Part shown: positions 47,901-58,603 of the stretch, piece by piece
How the letters are laid out: every line of letters starts with the position of its first letter
Position numbering within the stretch: the first letter of the stretch is position 1
Origin: Craspedostauros australis
Lineage: Eukaryota
Assembly (NCBI GenBank): GCA_030167865.1
Contig: JALAGF010003145.1
Location: 1-64,000 of the forward strand
Length of the DNA stretch: 64,000 bases
Direction: 5' to 3'
Made by a program: the position numbers and the translations under genes
Notes under the pieces: generated by a model
The model's database searches: none
What the model was told of the DNA's origin: nothing
Seen by the model: the letters and a program-made list of their open reading frames with translations, nothing else

Positions 47901-49656
47901 CAACATGACAGAGCACATCATGCAACTGGAACAACGACGTGAATACGAAGTCAATCGTGACATGGAGAAACCGATCAACCGGTTGATCGACAGGATCAGC
48001 ACGAATGAGGCCAATCTGACGCAGGCAACGGCCAACGACGAGGACCTCAAGAAGCAGTTCCAGAAAGCTGAAGAGGATGTTAGCAAGGCGGAGGCTGACG
48101 TTGGTGCCGCGGTCGCACACGAGAAGGACTTCGATGAGAAGGTTCAGGAATGCCAGAAGGTGTACGACGACGCCAAGGCAGAGCGCACTCGCGTGAGCAA
48201 GGCAGTCGCTGCAGAGGAGCATACATTGGAACGGCTGCGTGGCAAGCTCCATGAAACTCTTCAGAAGGCTCACGTCGAAGAGGTGGAACTACCGATGAAG
48301 GGCCGTGATCAAGGTGGATCTCGCCGGACGCGTTCTGGTCGCCAGATTGCCCGCAGTCAGGATGGCGACGATGATAACAATGACGACGATGATGACGACG
48401 GTGACCATCCAGAAGAATCGCAAACGCAGCAGAGCAGCAGCACGGATGTTGAGACTCCTGGAGAGAGTCTGGGCGCGACACAGTTCTCGCAACCCGACAA
48501 TCCAAAGGTCGTGCGAGATCAGAGAGAGGCAGAACGAGTCGACTTCTCCAGCCTGCACAGAGATCTGACACAGAAGCTGACAGCGGCTGAGGAGACAAAG
48601 ATCCGCAAGGACTTTGACGATCAACGTGTCAAGATCGATGCGGAGATCGAGAGTATCGCGCCGAACATGAAGGTAAGAGATGGATATTTGCGCCAGGGAT
48701 GCACAATTGCTGCATCACCGTGGACGATGAGTTCGTGTCTCGCTCTCGCTCTCTCTGTGCTCCGAGTCCGTGCTTTCGTTCGGATTGAGAAAGCTGAACT
48801 TGCAAATGTCTCACTCCTTGACTACTTTTTCGGAATCACTTTGTCCAACACTCCTCTGCGCAAATGCATCCTTGCCATGCAGGCACATGAAGCATTCACG
48901 ACAATCACGCAGCGTCTGAAAGACAGCGGCACGGACTTCGACAAGGCGAAGGCTGACGCCCACAAGGCCACTGCTGCATTCCAACGCGTGAAGGCGCGGC
49001 GTGCGAAGCGCTTCCTCACCGCCTTCAACCACATCGACAAGGCTCTGAAGGACATCTACCGTGACATGACGAAGAGCGACAAGCACCTCGCAGGCGGCAC
49101 GGCGTACCTCAGTCTCGATGACATGGAGGAACCGTACCTCGCGGGCATGAAGTTCAACGCCATGCCTCCCACGAAGAGATTCCGGGACATCGAGCAGCTC
49201 AGCGGAGGAGAGAAGACTGTGGCGGCGTTGGCGTTGCTGTTCGCCTTGCATTCCTTCCATCCGGCGCCCTTCTTCGTCATGGATGAGGTCGACGCAGCGC
49301 TGGACAAGGACAACCTGCGCATGGTGTGCAACTACATCCAGCAGCGCAGCGAAAGCGACTTCCAGTGCATCGTCATCAGCCTGAAGGACATCTTCTACGA
49401 GGCCAGCGAGAGCCTGGTCGGCATCTGCCGTGACGTTGGCAGCGGGTCCAGCCGCACGATGACCCTGGATCTCACCAAGTACCCCAAGAAGGTCGAGAGA
49501 GGCGGCGAAGCATCAGGCTCACGACCCAAACGTCGAGCAGCCAGCGAAGGCGGAGAGCAGCTCGCGAAGCGCTTGCGGCAATCTCGAAACGAGGAAGAGG
49601 AAGCCGAACGCCGACGATCGCAACCATCCAGCCCCAAATCGGTGGCGACGCAGTGA
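44921..49656 (+). CDS. SMC1: Cohesin subunit SMC1
   Basis: Exons 44921-46480, 46729-48672 and 48883-49656. LELENFKSY, Walker A GPNGSGKSN, LVKARNFLVFQGDVE, hinge GRLVDLCRP/ATFLPLD, PNMK|A, MPPTKRFRDIEQLSGGEKTVAALAL and FFVMDEVDAALD. Confidence 0.96.
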
Positions 49657-50159
49657 GGATGGAGCGTGGACGGGGGAGTAAAGTACTCGTACTCGTATAA
49701 TATAGTGCAATAGTATAACAGATGGAGACGTATGTTGACGAGTTCGAGGAATACGAATGCTGATAGTGTCGTACGGCGATGCTGTAGCGCGAGTGAGTAC
49801 AAGCGCAGTCCTATTATATCATTTTACACCGCATGCGTGACTTGTTGATGCCAGCCAGCTATCTGAACCATGACACGATAGGCTGCTCCTGTCCCTTCCA
49901 TCACTTCGAAACGGAAAAGAACACAGCCAAAATGTGCGGAACACGCAGATGATGAATGCATCAAGTGGCGAATACTGTTGCTTTGCTTCCTTCTGAGTCG
50001 ACGGTGAGACTGAACTCCAACTGGACGCACAATGAATCCTCGGGCACACTTTCATGTCTATTCGTACTGAAGAAGCAATCGAGTAGAGCAGCGCATTCCC
50101 CTTGTGCCATGGCATCCAAGTTGGGCTTGCCTTTTGCGTTCCCATACCAGTAGATCTCA

Positions 50160-51138
50160 TCAACGCCACGATCTCTCCTGATCACGTGCCTTCGGCTTGA
50201 CTTCGCGTTCACCCCAGGATCCTGATCGGCGCGTCTCGCGTGATTCCAACGATTTCGGTTTCCACGCATGGGTGTTGCGGAAGGACGACTTGTCCTGGAT
50301 GGAGGCCTGGTGCGGTTTGTACTCCAGCTTGGCATGCGCCGGGAGCTGCAGCACGCGCTTGATGGCGTCACGCAGCCGCTCCACCAACTCTCTGTCCAGC
50401 GCCGTTCGGTTCCAGATCCCCAGGATGTCCTCCGAGTAGCGAATGGATATGACGAGGCCGCAGATCTCGCCGTCGGGAACGCCCGGGAACTGACCGCCGA
50501 TCAAGGCGAGGACGACCTCCTCCCAGTACCGGCTTGCCAGGCCCTTGGGCAACCGCACGATCCATTTTCCGCCCTTGGCGTTGTTGGGGTCCTCCCAGGT
50601 GGGCTTGATGCCCTCTCGGAAGAAGTGGTAGTCTGTTGTTGTCGGCAGATCGTTGGGTCTTCGCAGGTGGTTGTAGGTCGACCAGAAGCCTTCCACTGTC
50701 GTGACCGTGCTGATGGTTTTTATGGAGTTTTCGTAGGGATTGACCCCGGCAATCTTCTCTCCTGTGGCTCCATCCTCGCCTCCTGACGATGCTGGCTTCG
50801 ATGACTTGCCACGGCGCATGAAGGAGAAGGTGTGTGGAACATGCAGTGGTGTGCCTGTCTGTGTGTGTTCAAAGCGTTCGTCGTATCCACAGCGTGTGTT
50901 GCGTCCGAGAGGGTCCATGTGGGTCGGCGCAATGTGAGGAGATGATGGAATGTTCAAGCACGTCCCGCCTGTGGTTGGAGGTGCGTGCGGATACGGAACC
51001 AGAAGCAACCAAGCATGCAAGATCACTGGCATCAACGCCATCACGATCGCGGGTATCAGTCAACCCGCCATGTGCAACGTCTAATGCCTAACGTCCAACA
51101 CCCAAGACGCAATGATCTCTTACCGCTACTGCCGCCAT
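50160..51138 (-). CDS. Class II cap-binding protein (eIF4E2/4EHP/nCBP-like)
   Basis: Predicted exons 51138-51124 (MAAVA, then GTAAG) and 50858-50160. YENSI (Tyr at the W56-equivalent position), TVEGFWSTYNHL, DYHFFREGIKPTWED, GGKWIVRLPKGLASRYWE and LEYKPH. Confidence 0.9.
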
Positions 51139-51914
51139 GATGTCTACTCTATGTGTAATCGCTTGGAGCGTGTGAATGGTATGTAAATGGTATGTAAATG
51201 ATGTGCTCGTCTTTTGGTGCTACAAGACAACTCTATGCAATCAACTCTTTCTTGCTCTGTGTTGCGGTTGTGGTGCAATGATGTGATGTGATGTGCTCTG
51301 TGATCGTTCTCTCCGTCCGTGCTGGCGCTGTCTCTCTTCTTGGTCTCTTGTTTCGCGTGCTTGTTGCTGTCATCGTGATTGGCGGCAACGATCAACAAGC
51401 AGCTGGCTTCGCTCTCGTTCTTTTTCGCACCCATTTTGTCCTTCGTGTTGTTTGGTGTTGTTCTCCTTGTCGCAGCACCACGAAGATCACGGGAGAAATT
51501 CGCAGATCTTATTTGACACCACTCCTCACTGTTGAAGGTCAGACGTCAGACTAGAATGCACTTGAGGATAGAGCGTGTGTGCAGACAGACGACACATCCA
51601 CATCCATCAGAAAAAGTGATGGGATGCAGAAAACAAGAGGATCGAATCGGCAATTGCACAAACACTCATCGCCAGAACATCAACGCTGCACCATCAACGC
51701 AACCGTCCACAGGGAACAGCAACGGTGGGTCATCAAGGTGGACGCAGCCACCGAAACTCACCCACATTACTTCTGTACCAGCGCAACAACAACGAGACAC
51801 CCTTGTGAGAATACGGCTACTCTCCTCGGCACCAATATCCACACGTGCGATCGCATCGATATCTGGGTCTCAAGTTACGAGTATAGAGGTACCTACTACT
51901 ATAGAAGCACCACC

Positions 51915-54422
51915 ATGAAACCAAACGGAGAAAGAGGCGAAGAAAGCAAGGCAAACCTCGACTTCCTGATCGAGACGTTGGCCAAACCAGAACAGCGCAT
52001 CGCCTCGTTGCTGTATCCCAGCGCCGACGACAAGCAGCAGAATGATGCGACCATCGGTGCCCTGGTGGCCACGTGCCAGAACCTCTTCAAGGAGATCGAG
52101 GAGCTCGGCAACGTGCACCACGCGACGGGCAACAAACAGCGTGGCAAGGATCATCAGACTTCGTCTGCATCCTTGTCCGGCCTCGACCAGCTCTTTATCC
52201 CCGATGCCTCGACGCTCGATGTCGAAACGTTGTGGGGGCAAGTGGATTTGCAAAATGAACAGCTCATCAAGGTCATGAAGAAGTCAGTCAAGCGGCTGGT
52301 GGCGTCCAAGGATCACATCAAGCTGTTGGATTTGGATTTGGTAGTCAGCGATGATGATGCTGCTGTGAGCGATAGTGATGATGAGAGTGATAGAGAGAGT
52401 GGGAGTGACAACAGTGATAATGATGGCGATGATGGCAACGAAGCAAATGAATCGTCTGAAAGGATTGCGGCTCCTCGGAAAGCAGATGAAGATAGTGATG
52501 GTGACGACGACAACGACGACGACGATGATGAGGAAGTCGACGATGAAACACGCAAGATTCGGGAACGAATGGCACGAGCGATGGAGGACATGGAAGCCGA
52601 GAGCGATGGTGAGGATGACGACGACGATGCTGCTGCTTTTGGCAATAGCAAGTCCAAACAATCAGAAAAGGATAAAGAGGAGGAGGACGCTTACGATTCC
52701 ATGAGAGAAGAGATGCGCGATGGATTCTTCGATCTGCATGAGATGGAAGACTTTGCAGATGAAGAGGAGGACTTTCTGCCAGAAGACATTTACGGTCAGT
52801 CGGAGGAGGAAGTCAACCAGAAGATGGCCTTCGGAGAACAAAAGTCATTCCATCAACGACAGCGCGAAGGCATCGACAACGAGGGTTCCGATGACGACGA
52901 TGACGACAACGATGAAATGGAGGAAGAGTTCGAAGAATTCAAACCGACCAAGCGCAAGAAGTATCGTGCCAAAGAAGAAATCGACGCCTTGTTCACCCTC
53001 TACGAAACGACAAGGAAGGATTTCGGCGATGATGATGACGATGATAACGAAGATGATGCTATCATCAACATGACGGCAGCAGATTTCTTCGGCAGGCCGA
53101 ACAAGAAGGTAGTCGACAGGTACGACAAGATGCATCCAAACAAGAATCAGCAGCAATCCAAGCAAAGGGGTGGCAAGCATGGCGATGATGATGACGATGA
53201 CTCGTGGGGTGCGTACGACTTTGACAAGGAAGACGAAGCCGAAGGTTGGGGAATGAACACATCCGCTGTGGATGCCATGGATGAAGAGCAAGGCGATGAC
53301 GGCGACCAGGATGGCGATGAGGAACAGGAATCGAGCGATGATGATGATGATGATAATGATAATGATGAAGGAGACGATGATTCTGAGATGGACCAAAACA
53401 AGCATCGCAACACAGACCATGCCAAGCGAGCTCGCAACTTGGATGCCCAAACGAAGGAGATGGAGCAGGATATGTTGGCGGAGAAGCCGTGGCAAATGAC
53501 AGGAGAAGCCAAGGGAACCTCGCGTCCCGTCAACTCACTCCTCGAGGGCACGCCGGAGTTCCAATTTGCGCTCAAGATGGCACCAACCATCACGATTCAG
53601 CACACGGAGTCGCTGGAGGAGATCATCAAGAAACGCATCCTGGCAGAAGATTGGGACGACGTCGTTCCGAGGGAGCTTCCGGACGTTGGCTGGCACAAGA
53701 AGCGCGGTGAGCTTCCCGAGGTGAGCCAGGAAAAGTCGAAGCTTGGGCTGGGTGAGTTGTACGAAAGGGAGTACCTGAAGAAGGCGATGGGCTTCGACAA
53801 GGATGCCGCAGAGAAGGATACGAAGGAAGACAAGGCCAAGAACGAGATGAAGGCCCTCTTCGCCAGTCTATGTAGCAAGCTCGATGCGCTTTCCAACTAC
53901 CACTTCGCACCGCGACCGGTCGCCAACGAAGCCGAGGTCCGCGCCGTCAACACTCCAGCGATCGCCATGGAAGAAGTGCTGCCGTTGCATGTCAGCGACG
54001 CACGTGGTGTTGCCCCGGAGGAGGTGTACGGTGCAAAGCGCGGTCGCGAAGGCGTCCTGCGTGGCGACACCGAGATGGACCAGACGGAACGCAAGCGCCT
54101 TCGCTCCGCCAAGAAGGCAGCGCGTCGCAAGGCACGCAAGGAGAAGCAGGCCGACGAGAGGCTCATCTCACGGTTGCAGCCGGGTCTTGGTCTCAACAAT
54201 CCATACGAAAAGAGGAAGGCGCGCGAAGAACTGGCCATCGCGCGATCTCGCGGAAGGGTCGTGGCCGGAGAAGAAGATACGAATGCCAAGTACGGTTCCA
54301 GCGGCACCTTCTTCAAGCGTCTCCAACAGGAGGCGCAGGACACCATCCAGGGCGGCAGAGCGGACGAAAGCCAAGCGAAAGAGAAGAAATCGAAAGCCAA
54401 ATCAAGCGCGTTCAAATTATAG
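51915..54422 (+). CDS. MPP10: U3 snoRNP protein Mpp10
   Basis: LWGQVDLQN, acidic middle region with DGFFDLHEME, EKPWQMTGE..RPVNSLLE, LEEIIKKRI, KSKLGLGELYE, LDALSNYHFAP and PAIAMEEV; ends SSAFKL. Confidence 0.95.
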   Translation: MKPNGERGEESKANLDFLIETLAKPEQRIASLLYPSADDKQQNDATIGALVATCQNLFKEIEELGNVHHATGNKQRGKDHQTSSASLSGLDQLFIPDASTLDVETLWGQVDLQNEQLIKVMKKSVKRLVASKDHIKLLDLDLVVSDDDAAVSDSDDESDRESGSDNSDNDGDDGNEANESSERIAAPRKADEDSDGDDDNDDDDDEEVDDETRKIRERMARAMEDMEAESDGEDDDDDAAAFGNSKSKQSEKDKEEEDAYDSMREEMRDGFFDLHEMEDFADEEEDFLPEDIYGQSEEEVNQKMAFGEQKSFHQRQREGIDNEGSDDDDDDNDEMEEEFEEFKPTKRKKYRAKEEIDALFTLYETTRKDFGDDDDDDNEDDAIINMTAADFFGRPNKKVVDRYDKMHPNKNQQQSKQRGGKHGDDDDDDSWGAYDFDKEDEAEGWGMNTSAVDAMDEEQGDDGDQDGDEEQESSDDDDDDNDNDEGDDDSEMDQNKHRNTDHAKRARNLDAQTKEMEQDMLAEKPWQMTGEAKGTSRPVNSLLEGTPEFQFALKMAPTITIQHTESLEEIIKKRILAEDWDDVVPRELPDVGWHKKRGELPEVSQEKSKLGLGELYEREYLKKAMGFDKDAAEKDTKEDKAKNEMKALFASLCSKLDALSNYHFAPRPVANEAEVRAVNTPAIAMEEVLPLHVSDARGVAPEEVYGAKRGREGVLRGDTEMDQTERKRLRSAKKAARRKARKEKQADERLISRLQPGLGLNNPYEKRKAREELAIARSRGRVVAGEEDTNAKYGSSGTFFKRLQQEAQDTIQGGRADESQAKEKKSKAKSSAFKL

Positions 54423-54567
54423 TCACGAAATTCAATTCAACGAGTCGATTGACATCCTGCTGTTTTCCGTCGTCATCCGTTTACGTTTGATGCGACTATT
54501 GTGCCAGCCCTTGTACGAGCATCACACAACCATGAATGTCCAAAAGCGCATGAGTTACACCCTCTCA

Positions 54568-55800
54568 CTATGTATGCTTGGCAATCACCTCGATGTGTTC
54601 CGGCGTGATGCCGCAACATCCTCCTATCAGTTTGAGCGAATTTTGCGACACCCAGGGATGAACGAAGTCCTTCCAGTACTGCATCTCATCCAAATCATTG
54701 CGAAACGGTTGCGCCGCATCGGAATCTGCCATGGTCCAGTTGGGATCCACCGGTGTCAAGCGGTTGGCGTAGGCGCCGAGTACTATGCCGCTGGAATGAA
54801 GACGAGAGCTGAGTTCCTCGTCTTTATTGATCTCATCCACCGCCTTGGTGATGGCTTCCGGTTCGGCGCAATTGAAGAGGATGCCGATGAGTTCAACACC
54901 TGTGCCTTTGGTTTTGGATCCATCCAGAAGACTTCGAATCGATGAAGGCGCCGACATCCCATCTCTGAGGTTGCCATCCGATCCCAACGTGAACGAAACC
55001 AGCAAAGGTCGAGGGGTAAATGTCACTTCGCTCTGCTCGCCGCCTTCATCGGTTGTCGCCAGATCATGCAACGCTTGGACCACCTGAAGGGCTTCTTTCG
55101 CGCAGGACATGGTTTCAGCAATGTACGCATCGACGTGCGGTCCGAGTGCACTGCCCAAGATCTGATACAAAGCGGCACCTTCATCGTGGGGTTTGATCAG
55201 ATCAGCCCGATAGGATTCGACGAGAGGTCCCAGCGATCCCAGCACGTACAATGACTTCGCAGCATCGCTATCGCGTTGGTGTTCATGCACAGCCTGACGC
55301 GCGATGCGTCCCGCGAGAGTGGCAAGTCGAGACATCTCGTCCGGTCCAAACCCAACACCTGGCACCACTCCGTAGCTGTTGGTGGTGACGCAATGCGCAC
55401 CGGCCTCGAGGAAGGAACGGTGGACCTGCTTCAACGTGTCGTGATGCTGTTCGTGCACCAAGGCCGTGGCGCTCCAGATTTGACGATCGTCCGGCACACC
55501 GCGTCGGAACAGTTCTTCACCGGTGCCACCATCGAGGACGAGAAAGCGGGGTTTCGAAGCAACATCAGTGGTTCGCAATCGCGCGATTGTCTCGGAGATG
55601 GATGGCTGCTCAACATTCATTGTCGACATTGCTGTCCCATGTGCGGTCGCGAATGCTCTTGTTTTGCGAAGAGAATAAAAAAGAAGAGTTGGTGTGAATG
55701 ATGGCGACGATGACAATGATAATGGCGGCGGTGATGGCTTGCACAGTGCAGCAAACGTTGCAAATGTTGCCGCAGAACGATGCTTTGCCATCCACAACAT
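54568..55800 (-). CDS. Homocysteine S-methyltransferase (HMT/MmuM/BHMT family) with an N-terminal extension
   Basis: LDGGTGEEL, WSA, HRSFLEAGA..TTNSY, GSLGP, AETM, FNC, YAN and the zinc-binding IGGCCG. Confidence 0.92.
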   Translation of the reverse strand: MLWMAKHRSAATFATFAALCKPSPPPLSLSSSPSFTPTLLFYSLRKTRAFATAHGTAMSTMNVEQPSISETIARLRTTDVASKPRFLVLDGGTGEELFRRGVPDDRQIWSATALVHEQHHDTLKQVHRSFLEAGAHCVTTNSYGVVPGVGFGPDEMSRLATLAGRIARQAVHEHQRDSDAAKSLYVLGSLGPLVESYRADLIKPHDEGAALYQILGSALGPHVDAYIAETMSCAKEALQVVQALHDLATTDEGGEQSEVTFTPRPLLVSFTLGSDGNLRDGMSAPSSIRSLLDGSKTKGTGVELIGILFNCAEPEAITKAVDEINKDEELSSRLHSSGIVLGAYANRLTPVDPNWTMADSDAAQPFRNDLDEMQYWKDFVHPWVSQNSLKLIGGCCGITPEHIEVIAKHT

Positions 55801-55828
55801 TGGCTGTCTTAAGAGTAAATGGGATACG

Positions 55829-55860
55829 AGTAGAGTAGAGTAGAGTAGAGGAGAGTAGAG
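55829..55860. repeat. (AGTAG)n pentamer microsatellite upstream of the HMT gene
   Basis: agtagagtagagtagagtagaggagagtagag. Confidence 0.8.
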
Positions 55861-56262
55861 TATGGCATTCGTACTCGTCCTATTATTGCCTACTCGTACT
55901 TGTGCAGCAGTTGCTGTGTCGAGCAGTGGGCAGTACCACGAGATGGAATGGAGTGATTGATTTTGGTATCTTTTGTGATGTCTGTGTTCTCTCTCTCTCT
56001 CTCTAGCTTCCTTAGTCGTGCGTTGTCGAGCCGTGTTGCTTGAATGCGAGTGATGGTTGTGCTGTCAAATTCTCTCTACTCTGCAACTACGAACTATGCA
56101 CACCGAAGCGAAAGTACTACTCGAGTACACAACCCATCATTGTACGTGCACCAAACGTATGATACGACTTAATTCCTCTCACACCTCTATCATATTTACA
56201 TGATGAACTGGCTCCCCTCCCCTCCCGAAGCATGCCTTCAACCAACACAAGACAGATACCCA

Positions 56263-57684
56263 TCAGAACCCGCAATCTAACAAGGCTTTCTTGTTCTCGT
56301 AGGTGATGCCACTGCGCGCGTTGCACTGATAGTTGAGATTCAACGAGACGATGAAGTGGAACCACGCCGTCGGAAGGTAGAGCGCATCGCCGGCCTGCAG
56401 CACGACCTCGTTGACCTTGGCCTGGGGGAAGTTGCCCGTTTGCCATTCATCCGGGTTGGACCAATCGATGGAGGAGTGCCGTCCCGATGGATGACCGCTG
56501 GGGTGCAGCATGAGGTTGCCGCATTGGTTGGGATGGGCCAAGATGTAACGCTTCTGACCCTTGAGGATGAAGATGAAGTTGCGCGACATGTCGTAGTGCG
56601 TGGCCGCGACGATGCCCTTCATCCCGAACCGGCAGTTAATGCCGCGCTCGTCGGACGGATCGACCATGAAAAACCCCGGCTGGGTGGGCACGAACATGGG
56701 GAGCTCGTCGTAGACGTAGTCGGTCGGGCTGTTGTAGGCAGCGTTGAGGCGGAAGTACCAATGCTCCTTGTCGATGATGGGCTTGGCATCACCGTTGTCA
56801 GGGTCGTACTGTTCCATGTCAATGGCCTTCTGGTACCAATCGGGAAAGCTGAGCTTGGTGATGTCGGTGGGCGGTTGCCAGCCAGGCGGCTTTTGCGAAT
56901 TCTTGCGCAGCTTCCAGTACATCATCTGGTTGTTCTTGGAGTGCTCCGTCTTGTACTTCTTGTCCTGCCCCACGAGCTTGAGCATGTACTTGCGCGACGT
57001 CCAGCGTTCGGCCGTGCGCCAAATCTCATCGTGATTGCGAATGAGAAATGGAAGCTCGGCTTGACGGTACGTGAGCGCAGCATCGCGTTGCTTGGAATCC
57101 GACCAATCGAACCAGCACAGCCCCTGATAGATGCGATCAGGCACGCGCGTATCGTCAGCATTCCAATGCGACAGCACGTCGATGGCGCTCCACGCATACG
57201 GGTATCCCGGTGGCGGCGTCGCGGGACAATCGTGGATGTTGTAGGTCATGTCGCCGGCATCCATGGTGGGGATGGCATCGCCGAGGGCCCGTTCCTTGAG
57301 CACGTTATCGGTGGTTCGCTGTGGATCCACGCCGTGCGCCAGATCGAAGCTGTAGCGCAGGGATTCCTCGCGCGGGAACTCATCGGCAGGCCTGTGACGG
57401 TGCCGGTTGGGGAACTTGTAGTCCTCCATGGACAGCCAGCTGTCGAACTCGTGCGCGTCTTCCTCGCCGGCCTTGCCGGGTCCGTTGCCAAAGTAGTTGC
57501 GATGATCTGGTGCTGCAACCGATCCGGTCTGATTGGCAGTGTCTTCCATGAGATAGTAGAACAGAATCATGCCAGCCAGAGCACCACCCAGCACGAGGCT
57601 TGGCCTGTCCTGGATCATGGACAGAAGTAAGAGGCCGTTGTTGCGCCGTCCCAGCTTCACGCGCTTTCTTGTCATGGACACCAT
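56263..57684 (-). CDS. Type II membrane-anchored JmjC/cupin-8 2OG/Fe(II) oxygenase
   Basis: Basic N-terminus, then one TM segment (LVLGGALAGMILFYYL). HYD iron ligands, GQKRYIL, HPSGRHS and LQAGDALYLPTAWFHFIVSL. Confidence 0.85.
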   Translation of the reverse strand: MVSMTRKRVKLGRRNNGLLLLSMIQDRPSLVLGGALAGMILFYYLMEDTANQTGSVAAPDHRNYFGNGPGKAGEEDAHEFDSWLSMEDYKFPNRHRHRPADEFPREESLRYSFDLAHGVDPQRTTDNVLKERALGDAIPTMDAGDMTYNIHDCPATPPPGYPYAWSAIDVLSHWNADDTRVPDRIYQGLCWFDWSDSKQRDAALTYRQAELPFLIRNHDEIWRTAERWTSRKYMLKLVGQDKKYKTEHSKNNQMMYWKLRKNSQKPPGWQPPTDITKLSFPDWYQKAIDMEQYDPDNGDAKPIIDKEHWYFRLNAAYNSPTDYVYDELPMFVPTQPGFFMVDPSDERGINCRFGMKGIVAATHYDMSRNFIFILKGQKRYILAHPNQCGNLMLHPSGHPSGRHSSIDWSNPDEWQTGNFPQAKVNEVVLQAGDALYLPTAWFHFIVSLNLNYQCNARSGITYENKKALLDCGF

Positions 57685-58603
57685 GGCTGCTATCGGATGG
57701 TGCTGTTGTTTTTGCTTTCAGTGATGCGATCAGCCCTTCAAGCGGATGCGGATCTGGGATGCTCTCTGCGGATCCTATGGTCGGTCTCTGTGTTGATTAC
57801 CCTGAACGACGACTTTGGTTCGGTCGAAGTCTCTCTCACCCTTGGATGGTTGATGGGTTGCTTCGATCTCGCTTCACTCTCTGTCGCTATGTTGCGACAG
57901 ATTGGATTGTGAGATGCGCGTCCTCGTATGGTCGTGTGGAAGTATCGCAGAGGATCCGTGACGGAGACAGAGTGGCTGGCAATCAGTCTCTGTATGTTGA
58001 TTGTATTGCGGGAGTACGAGTGTGGCCAGGTGACTTGCGGTCGGTCAGTCAGTCATTCATTCAATCTCATTCATTCAACGGACGATGCGCGATCATCGCA
58101 GTGTGCTTCTCTGGCGGACAGCAGTATTGTACAGTGCATCGATTGCCACGCAATGGATTGGCGGTTGAGACTCCTGAATTGTGACCTGATGGGTGCACCT
58201 TCGCGCCTCTGTCTGTGACCTGCAAGGACGTGTTTGCCACAGCAAAACAAGACGTGGTTGCTTCCTTGGTTGTTGTTGTGATTCTGGCGGGAAGTCGTCC
58301 AGACGTTTCAAAACCGTTATATCTGAGAAAGCGGCAATCGAGTGGATCGCATTGCTTCAATTCTCAGTTGACTAATGCGATCTACTGTCGCGCAATGACC
58401 TTCGTCATTTTTTCCTTTTTTTCTCAACGCGGATACCAACCCACACACGAAACACGGAATGAGATCATCGGCACTCATCCTGGGATGCAAGAGAGGACAC
58501 ACACAACAGAACATTGGATGAAGCACACGAGTGCTCGTTCAGAGAAGGCGAGAGGAATCAACGCAGCAAGCAAGCACAATAGAGAGAGACAGAGCTCGAA
58601 ACG

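Noticed and set aside
51579-51914. N-terminal ORF extensions from non-ATG starts (also 44795-44920, 25540-25686, 60146-60304 and 12641-12691)
   Set aside because: The organism is eukaryotic, and the downstream ATGs fit the family N-termini, so these are probably UTR.
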